Below, piece by piece: positions 1 to 13,544 of a stretch of DNA of 64,000 nt. This DNA is from Malacoraja senta (taxonomy: Eukaryota): contig JAXLNO010000306.1 in assembly GCA_038087875.1 (NCBI GenBank), positions 1-64,000 on the forward strand, written 5' to 3'. Under the pieces are notes generated by a model. That model was not told the origin of the DNA and ran no database searches. It saw nothing but the letters and a program-made list of their open reading frames with translations. The translations under genes and the position numbers were made by a program. Each line of letters opens with the position of its first letter. The first letter of the stretch is position 1.

Positions 1-264
1 GGGTTCAAACCCTCGCCTCTGCAGAAACAGCCGGGATCCAGAGATCAGTGACCAGTGTGATGGCTGCAGTGGCCAAAGGGCCAGATTTCTGTGCTGTACG
101 ACAGTGAGGTGAAGGTTGTGTAGACTTGCCCATCTAATCGGTGTTCCAGTCACAGCTTCATGGACACGTCCAGAGACCCCCCTCCCCCTCCCACCTCCCA
201 CACTCCCTCCCTCCCCCCTCCCGCTTCACACACTCCCTCCCTCCCTTCCTCTCTCTGCCCCAGA

Positions 265-490
265 GAAGGGGCAGGTGGAACATGGTGCAGCAAAGTGTGG
301 AGTCGTGCATGCTGGTCGCAGGAATAAAGGCGCAGACTATTTTGTAAATGGGGACAGAATTGGGAAATCAGAGGTGTAACTGGTGCAGGATTCCCAAATG
401 GTCATCTGCGGTCGAATCAGTAGTAACAAAAGCAAACTCAATGCTGGCATTTATTTACAGAGGGCTTGTGTACAACAGGGATGTATTGGA
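265..490 (+). mobile_element. Degraded CR1-type LINE ORF2 fragment
   Basis: Translates to KCGVVHAGRRNKGADYFVNG, matching the [20 protein letters not shown] segment of better CR1 copies in this window. Confidence 0.7.
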
Positions 491-501
491 GACTCTACAA
501 G

Positions 502-1290
502 GTTAGACTTAGACTTAGATTTAGATTCCTTTATTGTCATTCAGACCTTTCGGTCTGAACGAAATTCCGTTGCCTGCAGTCATACATATAATAAATAACA
601 AAACACACAATAAACACAAATTAACATCCACCACAGTGAGTTCACCAGGCACCTCCTCACTGTGATGGAGGCAAAAGTCTTAAAGTCTCTGTCTCTTCCT
701 TCTTTGTTCTTCCTCTGCACTGAGGCGATCCAGGCTTCTGATGTTGTGGCCCCGCCGGGTGGTGGTAAGTCAGTCCCGCGGCTGAATCCGTGCTCCGCTC
801 CGCGACGGGCCGGTTCAAACTCCGCGGCCTGGGGTGGCGGAAGCTGCCGAAGCTGCCGCCCTCCAGTCCAGCGGACGCAGCTGTAGTTGCGGGAGCTCCA
901 GAAAAACAGGTCACCCACCTGTGACCTGCGAGCTCCCGACGATGTCGTCCACCGGGCCCGCGGCCGAGCCTCCAGATTCAGGTCGCCACCAGTGTCCTGG
1001 CTCTGCCTCCGGAGCCTCGAGGTCGGTCGGTCGCAGTTGGAGGCCGCCAGCTCCGCCATTAGACCTCAGCGCAGACGGAGGCAGAGAAGGGGGATACGAC
1101 AAGAAAAAGTCACATTCCTCCGAAGGGAGAGACAAAAATCTGTTCACCCGCCCCCCCACCCCCATCCACACATACACAACCCAATAAATTAAAATTTAAC
1201 TCAAACAGGACAAAAGAAAACAACAACAAAACTAAAAGCAGACGGACTGCAGGCGAGCCGCTGCTGCTCAACAGTGCCGCCACTTCCGGA
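502..1290 (-). mobile_element. GC-rich non-autonomous retroelement with Rex1-like 3' tail
   Basis: On the minus strand it ends gacaataaaggaatctaaa(tctaag)n, like the Rex1-type tails in this window. CpG-rich body with no RT ORF; 5' end tccggaagtggcggc. Confidence 0.5.
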
Positions 1291-2264
1291 ATCAGGGCTG
1301 GCCAAATCTATTGCAGGATTGTAAATGGAGCTGTACCTTGGTGTACAATTACATAGTTCCCTGAAAATGGCATCATAGTTTGATAGGGTAGTGAAGGGAA
1401 TATATGTCTGAATAATCGCCTCGACCCAAAACGTCACCCATTCCTTCTCTCCAGAAATATTGGGGCTGAGTCTCTCTAGCTTTTTGTGTCTATCTTCGGT
1501 TTAAATTAGCATCTGCTGTTCATTCCTACACAGAGTATATGTTATGCCTTGTTTCCTCAGCCATGGTACTGAGGACTAGGGTTGGGGTATCATGTTACAG
1601 TTGCACAGAATGTTGAACAGGCAACCATTAATCTGTCCAGGGGCTCAGCTGATTTGTTGCACAATAGACTAATCCAAGGTCTGAACTCTGAAAAGAAAAT
1701 CAAGAAATTTAAGTTGACACTCATCCAGGGACTGAATAACAAAACACATCTTAGTTGAGAACTCTTAACATTGGTCTATTTTGCTTCATAGTGTAGACCC
1801 TTTATAAAATGGCCATCCCCAGACATCCTTTGTCCACACTGTTTTCCAAGGGCACCTCACCTATTTTCAGCACTGCTCTTAACAAGGATCAATCACATTA
1901 TCCCTCTCTATCTCCCTATATCTCTCTATATCTCTCTCTCTATCTCCCTATCTCTCTCCATCTATTTATCTCTCCATCTCTCATCCCTCGGCTCTATCTC
2001 TCTTTCCTTCATCTCTTTCATTTCTGCAAATTGAAATCATTAATCAGTCTGAGAGCACTGTGTGTGACTGAATGACATCAGAGCATCAGTCCCTGAGGCA
2101 TACCACTGGTCACAGACTTCATATGTAAAAAACAACAACCCTGCACTACCATTCTCTGACTCCTACCACCAAGCCAACTTTGTGTCCAATTGACTAGCTC
2201 ACCCTGGATCCCATGTTTTCCAACCTAATGGACCAGCCACCCATGTGGGGCCTTGCTGAAGGAT

Positions 2265-2575
2265 GGCATGGTGGCATAGTCATAAGGCTACTGCTTTACA
2301 GTGCCAGAGACCTGGGTTCAGTCCTGACTACAAGTGCTTTTCTATATGGAGCTTGTACGTTCTCCCCGTGACCTGCATAGGTTTTCTCCAAGATCTTCGG
2401 TTTCCTCCCACACTCCAAAGACGTACAGGTTTGTACGTTAATTGGCTTGGTATAAAAGGTAAAATTACCCCTAGTGTGTGTAGGGTAGCGTTAAAATGCG
2501 GGGATCGCTGGTCGGTGCAGACACGGTGGGCTATAGGGTCTGTTTCCTCACTGTATCTCCAAACTAAACTAAACA
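2265..2575 (+). mobile_element. tRNA-derived SINE (HE1/V-SINE-like)
   Basis: A-box-like TGGCATAGT, B-box-like GGTTCAGTCC, central ttctccccgtgacctgc...ttcctcccacactccaaagac core, tail ctgtatctccaaactaaactaaac. Confidence 0.8.
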
Positions 2576-2819
2576 TAGACAACATCTGTCATCCAATCAC
2601 ACACTGGTCAATTTACAGAATTCAATTATAACCAACAACTCGCATGTCTTTGAGATATAGGAGGAACTGGAGCATTTGGTGGAGATCCATGTGTCATAGG
2701 GAGAACATGAAAATGATACACGCTGTACCCGAGATCAGGATTGAATCCAAGTTGCTGTAGCACAGGGGCACCAATTCTGCCAGTTGCCTCAATGTACTGC
2801 CTTTTAAAAAGAAAATTCA

Positions 2820-3134
2820 AAGCCTGTCCCACTGTACAAGGTAATTCAAGAGCTCTCCCGAGTTTAAAAAAAATCAAACTCGTGGTAAGTACGTAGAATG
2901 TACGTAGCGGGTACGTCGGAGCTCGGGACGTCTCCTAGCGGCTCGTAACACTAACGGCAGGTACTCGGGAAATGCGGTAAGCTCGTGAAGACTCGTGAAG
3001 ATTTTTCAACATGTTGAAAAAAGTCCACGAGAGCCCCAAGTACCTACGAGCGGCAATTACCGTAATTCTCCGAGTTCGAATCAGGGGAAACTCGGGAGAA
3101 CTCTTGAATTAGCTCGTACAGTGCGACAGGGCCT
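2820..3134. mobile_element. PIF/Harbinger-like MITE
   Basis: About 45 bp imperfect TIRs (gcctgtcccactgtacaaggtaattcaagagctctcccgagttt / aaactcgggagaactcttgaattagctcgtacagtgcgacaggg). TTA/TAA follows the right end; non-coding. Confidence 0.7.
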
Positions 3135-3279
3135 TTAAGCTGCAGCAAGTCAGAATGTTGTTCTATTGTTGATACATATGACAATTAAACGACTCTTACC
3201 TCACATTTGATTTTGGATAAAGCTCACTCCATATTACCCCCTTCATACACTTGGGAAAAGTACAAGGAACAAGTACATG

Positions 3280-4325
3280 TTTAAGAAAGAACTGCAGATG
3301 CTGGAAAAATCGAAGGTAGACAAAAATGCTGGAGATACTCAGCGGTGAGGCAGCATCTATGGAGCAAAGGAATAGGTGATGTTTGGGTCGAGACCCTTCT
3401 TCAGACTGATATGGGGATGGGGGGCGGGAAGAAGAAAGGAAGAGGTGGAGATAGTAGGCTGTGGGAGAGCTTCGAAGGGGAGGGGAAGGAGGGAGAAAGC
3501 AAGGACTACCTGAAAATGGAGGTCAATGTTCATACCGCTGGGGTGTAAACTACCCAAGCGACAAATGATACGCTGCTCCTCCAATTTGCGGAGGGTCTCA
3601 CTCTGGCCGTGGAGGAGACCCTGGACCGAAAGGTCTGATTCTGAATGGGAGGGGGAGTTGAAGTGCTGAGCCACCGGGAGATCAGCTTGGTTAATGCGGA
3701 CTGAGCGGAGGTGTTGGGCGAAGCGATCGCCAAGCCTGATTTTGGTCTCACCGATGTAGAGCAGTTGACACCTAGAGCAGCGGATGCAATAGATGAGGTT
3801 GGAGGAGGGGCAGGTGAACCTCTGCCTCACCTGGAAAGACTGCTTAGGTCTTTGGATGGCGTCAAGGGGGGAGATAAAGCGACAAGTGTAGCATTTCCTG
3901 CGGTTGCAAGGGAAAGTGCCAGGGGAGGGGAAGGTTAGGGAGGGGGCTTCTTCTCTTCGATTATAGATGAGGCTCTCACCAGGGTCTCTTCTATATCCCG
4001 TTGCTCCGCTCTCACTCCCCATCCCCCCCCCCACTCGTGACAAGTCCCCCTTGTCCTCACCTTCCACCCTACCAGCCGTCACATACAACAGATAATCCTC
4101 CGACATATTCGCCACCTCCAACGGGATCCCATCACTGACCACATCTTCTCATCTTCTCATCTTCTCCCCTTTCGGCTTTCTGCAGAGACTGCTCCCTCTG
4201 TAACTCCCTGGTCAATTCGTCCCTTCCCACCCAAACCACCCCTCCCCTGGTACTTTCACTTGCAACTGCAGGAAATGCTACACTTGTCGCTTTACCTCCC
4301 CCCTTGACTCCATCCAAGGACCTAG
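3280..4325 (-). mobile_element. Penelope-like element fragment (GIY-YIG endonuclease) with inverted 5' segment
   Basis: ORF 3357-4142 contains LIYCIRCSRCQLLYIGETK...RFAQH...EQRII...GMN. Segment 3936-4325 is the upstream part in the opposite orientation. Confidence 0.85.
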
Positions 4326-4574
4326 GCATGCCATGCTATCCAAACAGATTAGATATACTATACACAGATATAATCAATTAAAAGGGGAATAATATCATGC
4401 AGCATAATGATCTCAGCATTGTATCACATCAGTTCCAGTGAGAAAGACCAATGATCTCGGTGGATAGAGGTAAATCATACTTACCATAACCTACAGAAAA
4501 ACTGTTCAGAAGCCAGATAACAGAGGGGAAGAAACTGTCGCTGAGGCTGGTGGTACGTGCCTTCAATCTTGTAT

Positions 4575-6147
4575 TGTATTTTATTGTATATCTTTATTGT
4601 CATTTCCTGAGTATTCACATACCGAGGAAAGAAAAAAACGTTGCTCAACCAGTGTCCATTTCAGTGTGCAGTAAAAAATAAATAGAATAAAAATACATAT
4701 ATCATGAACAAATTGACACTCTACTCTCTACTAAACACAGGCGTTCCGATCGGCAGCGGCACGACAGTGGCTCTGCTGCAGTGTGTCCAGGTTGGTGGTT
4801 GGTGCACGATACTTTGGCAGGGGGCAAAGTCTGTTTATTAGTCTTATAACCCGCGGGAAGAAGCTGAGGAGCATCCTGCTGGTTTTGCACCTAATGCTCC
4901 GGTACTTCTTCCCAGATGGCAGGATGGAGAATATGTGATGCGATGGGTGGTAGGGGTCTTTGATGATGGAGATGGCTCTGCTGATACATCTCTTCCTGTA
5001 TATGTCCAGCAGGAAAGGGAGTGGAGCACCAATAATCCTGCTGGCGGTCTTCACAATCCTGTCTAGTTGGTGCCGTTCGTACGCCTTGCAGCTCCCGAAC
5101 CAGGAAGTGATGACGTAGGTTAATGTGCTCTCGATTGTCCCCCTATAAAAAGTTCGTAGGTGTGTAGTGGGGAGACCTGCTTTACGTAGTCTTCGGAGAG
5201 GGTGTAGTCGCTGCTGGGCTCTCTTGACCAGTGCTGTGGTGTTGGTCGTGGACATCAGGTCATCTGACAGGTGGATTCCTAGGAACTTCACGCTGTTGAC
5301 CCTTTCCACATCAGCTCCATCTATGTGCAGAGGTGTATGGTGTTGTTTTCCCACCCTCTGAAGTCAACCACCATCTCCTTAGTTTTTCCCATGTTGAGAA
5401 TGAGGTTGTGGGATTTGCACCATCCTGTGAGCAGCTCCACCTCCATCCTGTACGCCGACTCATCATTGTCACTGAAGAGACCTACCACTGTTGTGTCATC
5501 AGCGAACTTGTTGATGAAGTTGTTGTTGTGTCTAGCAGTACAGTCGTGTGTTAGCAGACTAAACAGCAGGGGGCTTAGGATACAGCCTTGGGGTCAGCCA
5601 GTGCTCACGGCTATGGTTTTTGATGTCCTACTGCCCACCCTGACTGTCTGCTGCCGTTGCGATAGAAAGTTCAGGACCCCATTACATGTGCCAGCATCAA
5701 CCCCCAATAGCTCCAACTTCTCCACCAGCTGCTGCGGAATGATTGTGTTGAAAGCAGAGCTGAAGTCTATGAAGAGGATCCTGGCATAAGTATTTTTCCG
5801 ATCAAGGTGTGACAGTACGAGGTTCAGTGTTGTTGAGACTGCGTCCTCTGTGGATCGGTTGGCTCTGTAGGCGAACTGCAGAGGGTCTAGGTCGGCAGGT
5901 AGACTATTTTTGATATGCTGCATAACCAGTCGCTCAAAACACTTCATTACTATGGGTGTTAGAGCCACTGGTCGAAAGTCATTATGGCAGGCTGGGTTTG
6001 GTTTCTTCGGGACAGGGACGATGGTGGCACTCTTAAGACAGTTGGGCACTACTGCCTGGCTGAGTGAGATGTTAAAAATGTCTGTGAAGACATCTTTCAG
6101 TTGCTCGGCGCAATCTTCTGCACCTTCTGCCAGACGGGAGCCAAACC
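4575..6147 (-). mobile_element. Rex1/Babar-type LINE, 5'-truncated RT
   Basis: ORFs 5594-6196 ([30 protein letters not shown]) and 4731-5354 (KFLGIHL, AQQRLHPLRRLRK). FADD is encoded at ~5495-5507; frameshifted. Confidence 0.9.
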
Positions 6148-6574
6148 GATCCATGCCTTTCATAATTTTACATACTTCTATCAGGGCTCCCCTCAACTAA
6201 TTGGAGCAGGGAACCAATGTAAGGACTCAGTTTTGGGAATGATACAAAAATAGATGAAATGGCACGGTTTAATGAGGAAAGTATGATTCTACAACAGGAT
6301 ATAGATAGCTTGAGTGATTAGTCAAAACCTGGCCAATGTGTTTAATGTGGGAAACTGTGAGGTCATGCTGAAGATAGACAGAAAATGCGGGACTGGCAGC
6401 ATCTCTAGATAGAAGGAATGGGTGACGTTTCAGGTCGAGACCCATTTTTGGACTGCAGAACTCTCGTTGGAGAGTGGAGGAGAACTTCTCCAAAGTAGGC
6501 ATACCTTGAGGAGATTTCTCAGTGGAGCAGCCAAATTGTATTGGAAGGAACTGCAGATGCTGCTTCACACCAAT

Positions 6575-6950
6575 GCCTCCATTTCCTCAGACGACTGAGG
6601 AAATTTAGTATGTGTCCAATGACTCTTACCAACTTCCATAGATGAACCATAGAAAACATACTATCAGGTTACGTCACAGCTTGTTTTCAGAATAGCTCTG
6701 CCCAAGACCACAAGAAATTGCAGACAGGTGTGGATGTAGCACAGTCCATCGCACAGACCAGACTGCCCATCATTGTCTCCATTTACACTTCCTGCCTCTT
6801 CAGGAAGACAGCCAACATTGTCAAAGACCTTTCTCACACTAGTGATTCCTTTTTTCTCCACTTCCATCAGGTAGAAGATGCAGAGCTTAAAGGTGTAGAG
6901 CACCAGACACAGGAACAGCTTCTTCTCCTCTGTTATCAGGCTTTTGAATA
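6575..6950 (+). mobile_element. Degraded Rex1-type LINE 3' fragment
   Basis: Nucleotide and peptide similarity (CLFRKTANIVKD) to the C-terminus of the Rex1 copies at 4731 and 36627. Confidence 0.7.
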
Positions 6951-7204
6951 TTCCATGTGCTAGGACCCATTCCTAATTCTCCTTTACCTCAATATGGCCA
7001 TTGGATTTTGTCTCTGGAACTATTGTACAATATTGTTGAGAGCTATATTCTTCACTCTGTATCTTATCCTTCAGTCTGCCTATTGTACTTGCGTTTGGCT
7101 TGATAGTATTTATGTATACAACAGCAAACACAATGCTTTTCACCGTACCTTGGTACACATCACAATACCAAACCTCAAGCTAAACCTTAAATGGTGGATT
7201 ATTG

Positions 7205-7860
7205 TCTAAATGGAGTTTAACTGAGTGAAGTTCAGATGGGATCTTGGTATTCAAGTGCATGCATCAAATTAAGTTTGTAGCAGGCCCAGTAACCAATGGA
7301 AAAAATGCAGTCTTTATTGCAAAGGGGATGGAATTTAAGAACAGGGAAGTTATATTGGAATTATGCAGGAGGATAGTGAGTCAATAACTGGAAAACCACA
7401 CACAGTTTAACATTAAAAAGGGTATAGGAGCATTGGATGCAGACCAGGTGAAATTCACCAAACTAAGTCAAGAGATGAAAAGGTTGTCCCATCAAGAGCG
7501 GTAAACACTTTAGGTCTGCATTCCTTGGAGTGTAGAAAGTGATGAGTGACCTTATTCACACATGCAATATCTTAAGGGGCTTTTCATGATAGATGTTGAG
7601 ATGTTTCACTGGTGGGAAAGTCTAAAAACAATGGGAAACAACTACAGAATAAGGGACCAGTTGTTTAAAACTGAGGTACATAAAAATTACTTCTTTCAGA
7701 AGGGTGTGAATCGCTGGAATTCTGTGCCCAGAGGTGGTGGTGGCTAAGGCATTAGATATGCTTATGAACAGATAGAGAAATCTTTGAAAGATTCAGGCAA
7801 TTGAGGGTTTTGGGGTAATGGAACAGAGGAGGAGTAGTCCACTCCTGCTATTTTTACTTG
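7205..7860 (+). mobile_element. Old CR1-type LINE 3' fragment
   Basis: FKTEVHKNYFFQKGVNRWNSVP resembles the CR1 ORF2 C-terminus. Confidence 0.65.
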
Positions 7861-7924
7861 TGTTGTTGACGATTACCCTCATGAATAAAGTTAGAACGTG
7901 CAACCAACATTTCAATCAGAGGGG

Positions 7925-8450
7925 CCTCAGAGTGGCTCAGCAGTAGAGTTACTTCCTTGCAGTACCTGTGACTCAGGTTTGATCCTGACTAAGGGTGCTG
8001 TCTGTACCAACTTTGTATGTTCTCTCTGTGACTGCATGGGTTTTCCCCTGGTGCTTCGGTTTCCTCCCAGTTCCAAAGACCTGCAGGTTTATAGGTTAAT
8101 TGGCATCTGTAAATTGTCCCATGTGTATAGGATAGAACTGTGTAGGCAGCACGGTGACGCAAAGGGGTGGCACGGAGCAGCAGCGGTAGAGTTGCTACAG
8201 TGCCAGAGACCCAGGTTTGATTTTGACCATGGGTGCTGTATGTATGGATTTTTTACGTTCTCCCCGTGACCTGTGTGGGTTTTCTCTGGGGGTTCCAGCT
8301 TCCTCCCACTCTCCAAAGACATGCAGGTTTGCAGGTTAATTGGCCCCAGGTGTGTGTAGGATAGTGTCAGTGTGGGGGGATCACTGGTCAGCACAGACTC
8401 AGTGGGGCCTAAGGGCCTGTTTCAAGGTTGTACCTCTATACTAAACTAAT
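7925..8450 (+). mobile_element. Two adjacent tRNA-derived SINEs
   Basis: Two copies of the A/B-box head plus ttcctccca...ccaaagac core; the second ends ctaaactaatctaa. Confidence 0.75.
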
Positions 8451-9324
8451 CTAAGGAGCTGAGGCCAACTGAACAGTGATCATTTTATTGAATGGTGGGA
8501 CAAGTTTGGTGACTATTCTCAGGGGCTGATAGCCTACTACTGTTCTATTTCCTCCCGTTCTTGATAGTTCCCCTCATGGAGGAAACTAGACCTTGGAGGC
8601 AAAACTGAGGAGAAAATAGTTTTATTTTTCTCCCAGATGATAACGAATGGTGGAAATTTTCAACTACAGAGTGTAGATTCATTACGTTACTGAGAAGGAT
8701 GGATTTGTTTCTTTGGGAAGTTGTGGGTTACTGGCTACATACTCTTCTGGTCAACAGTAGATCAGTCATGGCCTAATTGAGCTGCAGAACAGACTTTACT
8801 CATGGCCAACAAATATTTCATTTTTCTTGTGATCTCTACAATTACCCACTACAACCATTGCACTCTTACTTGTTTATGATTGTAGTCATGTATGGTTTAT
8901 TATGACTGGATAGCATGCAAAACATGGTATTTCACCGTATTTTTGTACACATTACAATAATAAACTAAACTTTAGGGAGAAGGGAACAGAATAATGTGGC
9001 CTCTATCAGTGGTTGAGTAATATGGACTAAAACATTGGTTTGGACTAATTCTGCCAGTGGCTTGTGGGCCTATTCCTGCTTCTCCTTTCTTGTGTTCATG
9101 TATTTGATGTCTCTTGCTTACTGTGGTCACTGCTGTGAGTTATAACTCCAGTAACATAAGCAAATTAGTTCAGCACTATCCGAGCAAAATTAAAAGCATT
9201 TTTAAAAATGCAGACTTAAATCTGGTGTAGTGAGGGAGAAACACAGACATCTTTGGGTGGATTGAAATGATTTTGGTTAAGAGCTGAAAATTAAAATGAA
9301 CAGAAATCAACATTTTGACATTAG

Positions 9325-9615
9325 ACTTCAGAGGTACATCATGGAAGCAGGCCCTTTGACCCACCGAGTCCTCGCTAATTCCCCGTACAATAGTACTATA
9401 CCACGACAGGTGACAATTTACATTTTTACCAAAGGAAATTAACCTAAAAACCTGTACTTCTTTGAGATGTGGGAGGTAACTGGAGCACCCAGAGAAAAAC
9501 AATGCAGTCACGCATGGAGATGCAGGGAGAATGTACAAACACCGTACAGACAGCACCGTTAGTCAGAATCGACCCGAGTCTCTGCTGCTATAGGCAGCAA
9601 CTCTACCGTTGCAAC
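9325..9615 (-). mobile_element. tRNA-derived SINE
   Basis: Reverse complement of the SINE consensus seen at 2265-2575. Confidence 0.7.
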
Positions 9616-10072
9616 ACTGAGGATATCTTGAATTACAAAAGCAATATTTTGGGCTCATCACCAACCATACCAGCACCTACATTCTTTATATGGTACATTA
9701 ATATGGAGTTTATTGCATTGAAACAGGCCCACAAGCCTGCCCTGTTGTTCAATACAATCCCTCAGTCATTCCTGATCTGGTTTGATTAGGATGCAAATAA
9801 AAGCTTTTCACTATATCACAATACAAGTGACAATAATAAACCAACACCAATGCTATGGTGTAAGTTCTCCCCATATCTGATAGATAGATCCTTGATAAAT
9901 TTGTAGACACCATCGCCGTCTATATCCACCACCATTTGCTGCACAGTTTCAATGTCCAAACTAGCTTCCAATATAACTTTTTTACAGAATTCCATTTTGA
10001 GTTGAAAGATACAACATGGAAACAGGCCCTTCAGCCCACCATGCTGACCACCGATCACCCCTTCACACTAGT

Positions 10073-11114
10073 TAGCAATGTTACAAAATTTTGAGATTTA
10101 AAAAATAAAGTCTGCAATATATCCCATCAGATAAAGCATAAAAAGAAGTTTAATTTGACACTTAATTCACTTTCATATCTTCAGTATTAAAAAAGTTATG
10201 GCCATTATCATACTCAGACATTAGCATCTAGTTCCCTATTGCTTTTCCATTGACTTAACACAAAAGCTGTGATCGAGGACAGTTAAAAGCCCATAACTTT
10301 CTTAAAAATTATGGTAACTGAAAGAAATTTTCAGGTATTATAGATTGAAGCATTCTAAAACAAATATGAAACAATCTTACTTCGAAGACATGAAAGTAAA
10401 GCATATAATTAGTTAGTTACCTAATTGTAGCTAATTACAAAATTCAATTACTAGATGTAAACATCTATCAATTTCTTAAGAATAGATTAACATTTTTAAA
10501 TAGCCTAAGTGTCCAAATAACATTCACACAATAATTCACAATATAACATAATTTTTAAATCTAATTTTCATGAATTTACAGGCCAAATGGAAGGAATTGA
10601 ATGTTTAATACCTGTAAATTAATGGGCATTTAATTCATCTTGCGAGTGAGGATTTGCTGGAACGCGATCATTTGGAACGTTGATTTGCGGTGAATTTAAC
10701 CCCGTATTGGCATGAAATATACTGCCGTTAATTCGGGGAATAAAATCACCGTGTCGCATGACAAAATGTGAATTAAAGGCTTCTTAAGAAGCACTTTTAT
10801 ACATTTAAAGAAAGCACTTTCGTTTACCTGTCCATTGTGTGAAATCCGTCCCCATTATCGGCGTTGACGCTTCAGGAGCTGCTTTTAAAATGACTGTAGC
10901 GCTGACATTGACGATTTAATAAAAATAAAAAATTCACAAAACGGCGGTAGGAACGATTTTGTCAGCGAAGGTTTGTACTCCAACAAAATATTTCCAGGAC
11001 AAGGGAGGAGAAACCGCGTTTTAACCCCGCCCCCCCCTTAAAGGCACCAAAATCACGCACACGGCCAGTGGCAGAATTACAGCGCGACTGAAGGTAAGTT
11101 TTGTAACATACCTA
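10073..11114. mobile_element. Non-autonomous DNA transposon with 7-bp target-site duplication (TSD), inserted in a SINE
   Basis: TIRs tagcaatgttacaaaa / ttttgtaacataccta (14 of 16 match), flanked by cactagt at 10066-10072 and 11115-11121. The flanks join into one minus-strand SINE (~10000-11285). Confidence 0.85.
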
Positions 11115-12494
11115 CACTAGTTCAATGTTATTCCACTTTTTTGTCCAATCCCCACACACGCTAGGGGAAATTTACAGATGTCAATTAACTGACAAACCCA
11201 CACACCTGTGGAATGTGGGAGAAAACCACAGCACACGGGAAGAACCCAGATGGTCACAGGAAGAAGGAACAAAATCTATACAGTAGCTGGAGCGAAGGAA
11301 TAGTTTTGGGTCAAGATCCTTCTTGGAGGGTTTCGACCAGAAACGTCGCCTATTCCTTTGCTCCATAGATGCTGCCTCACCCGCTGAGTTTCTCCAGCAT
11401 TTTTGTCTACCTTCGATTTTTCCAGCATCTGCAGTTCTTTCTTAAAGAAAATCTACACAGACAATACCAGAGGTCAGGATCTAACGCTGGTCTCTGGTGC
11501 TGTGAGGCAGCAGCTCTACCTGCTGTGGACAGTGTTTGGTTTCCTCCTTTTTGTTCTGCATTGCAATGATTCAAGTCAGGATAGGCATTGGATTTATGGG
11601 TCTCCTGAATGGTAACATAAGGAACAGTTAGCAGCACAAGAATGGAGCGTTATCTGAAACGTAATTACAGTTGCAGGCAACTACGCCCTGCCTTTCCATT
11701 CCATTTGCTATAGAGTGCGAAAAAACCAAAGTGCTGGAGTAACTCAGCAGGTCGGGCAACATCTCTGGAGGACATTGACAGGCGCTGTTTCAGATTGGGA
11801 CCCTACTTCAGACTGACAATAGTCACCTATCCTTTTTCTCCAAAGATGGTGCTCGACCCGTTGAGTTACTCCAGCGCTTTGTGTCTATCGTCACTTATCT
11901 ATGCTCTCCGGAGTTGCGACCTGACCTGTTGAGTTACACCAGCACTTTGTGTCTTTTGTTGTTGTAAATCGGCATCAGCACCTCCTCGTGTCTCCATTAC
12001 AGTCAATTGTTTCCTGCTGGTTCAATGACATCGCTCGACAACTGTTGTCGACCCGCCGTATTTTTATACTGATTGCATGATGAGATCCTGCTTTGATGTT
12101 GGGGAAGTTTGGCTCAGTTGCTGCTGTTGATGCGAGTGGTTGTGCGTGAAATGATTCTGTTCATCTTGTTGAGTTTCTTCCGCGTACAAGGGGCTCAAGC
12201 AGGCAAGTTAATGATTCTCATTTTATTCGCTACTGGCTAAAAGCGTCTTGGCTTTAACTCAATCTTGACCGGAGGCGACTGAGTTCAAAAAAGCGCACAA
12301 TACACATTCAGTCTGATTCATGGTTCATGCGGACGTTAAAAGGGTTTAATCTCCACTGTTTCAGTACAATCCAGACTGGAATTTCTGCGTTGATTTGCAC
12401 AATGCCCCGTTTCCTCTGTGGAAGAAGGAACTGCAGATATTGGTTTAAACTGATTTTAACTCGTGTAAAACAAACAGGAGCGAGGCATTCACTA

Positions 12495-13392
12495 GGGTTT
12501 CCTCGCTCTTGCTCTCCCTTCCCCCCACATTCGTAACAAGGACAGAATCCCCCTTGTCCTCACCTTCCACCCCATCAGCCGTCGCACAGCATATGATCCT
12601 CCATTATTTTTTGCCACCTCCAACAGGATCCCACTACTGGCCACATCTTCCCATCTCAACCTCTTTCTGCTTTCCGTGGAGACCATTCCCTCCAAAATTC
12701 CCTGGTCAACTCGTCCTTTTCCACCCAAACCACCCCCTCCCCAGGTACTTTCCCCTGCAACCGCAGGAGATGCAACACGTGTCCCTTTCTCCCCCCTCTC
12801 GACTCCATCCAAGGACCCAAACAGTCTTTCCAGGTGAGGCAGAGGTTCACTTGCACCTCCTCCAACCTCATCTACTGTATCTGCAGTTGCAGGTGTCAAC
12901 TTCTCTACATCAGTGAGGCCAAGCACAGGCTCGGCAATCATTTCACTGAACTACTCCGCTTTGTCCATCTTAACCTATCTGATCTCCTGGTTGCTCAGCA
13001 CATCAACGTCCCCTCCCATTTCCAATCTGACCTTTCTGTCCGGGGCCTCCTCCATGGTCAGGGTGAGGCCTAGTGCAAATTGGAGGAACAGTACCTCATA
13101 TTTCACTTGGGTAGTTTACACCCCGGCGGTATGAACATTGACTTCTCTAACTTTAAATAGCCCTTGCTTTCCCTCTCTATCCCCTCCCCCTTCCCAGTTC
13201 TCCCACCAGTCTTAATGTCTTCAACTACATTCTATCTTTGTGCTGTCATCTCCCCTGACATCGGTCTGAAGAAGGGTCTCGACCCGATAGGTCGCCCATT
13301 CCTTCTCTCCAGAGATGCTGCCTGCCTGCTGAGTTACTCCAGCATTTTGTGTCTACCTTTGAGTTAAACCAGCCTGCAGTTCTTTCTTACAC
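12495..13392 (+). mobile_element. Penelope-like element 3' fragment
   Basis: RQRFTCTSSNLIYCICSCRCQLLYISEAK GIY-YIG remnant, followed by the ctgaagaagggtctcgacccga terminal module. Confidence 0.85.
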
Positions 13393-13544
13393 AAAGTGCA
13401 TTGTTTGACAGGTTCAAGTTTATGGCCAAATGTGGGAAGAGAGTGAGGCACTAGTACAATGCGAAATCAATAAAAGATTAGCACACACTGTGGATTTTGT
13501 TATTGACTGAGTGACAACTCTTAGCTCCAAATGTGCGGTCGTCA

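Noticed and set aside
11995..12420. Unique-looking segment as a conserved regulatory element
   Set aside because: No feature can be supported from the sequence alone; it needs cross-species alignment.
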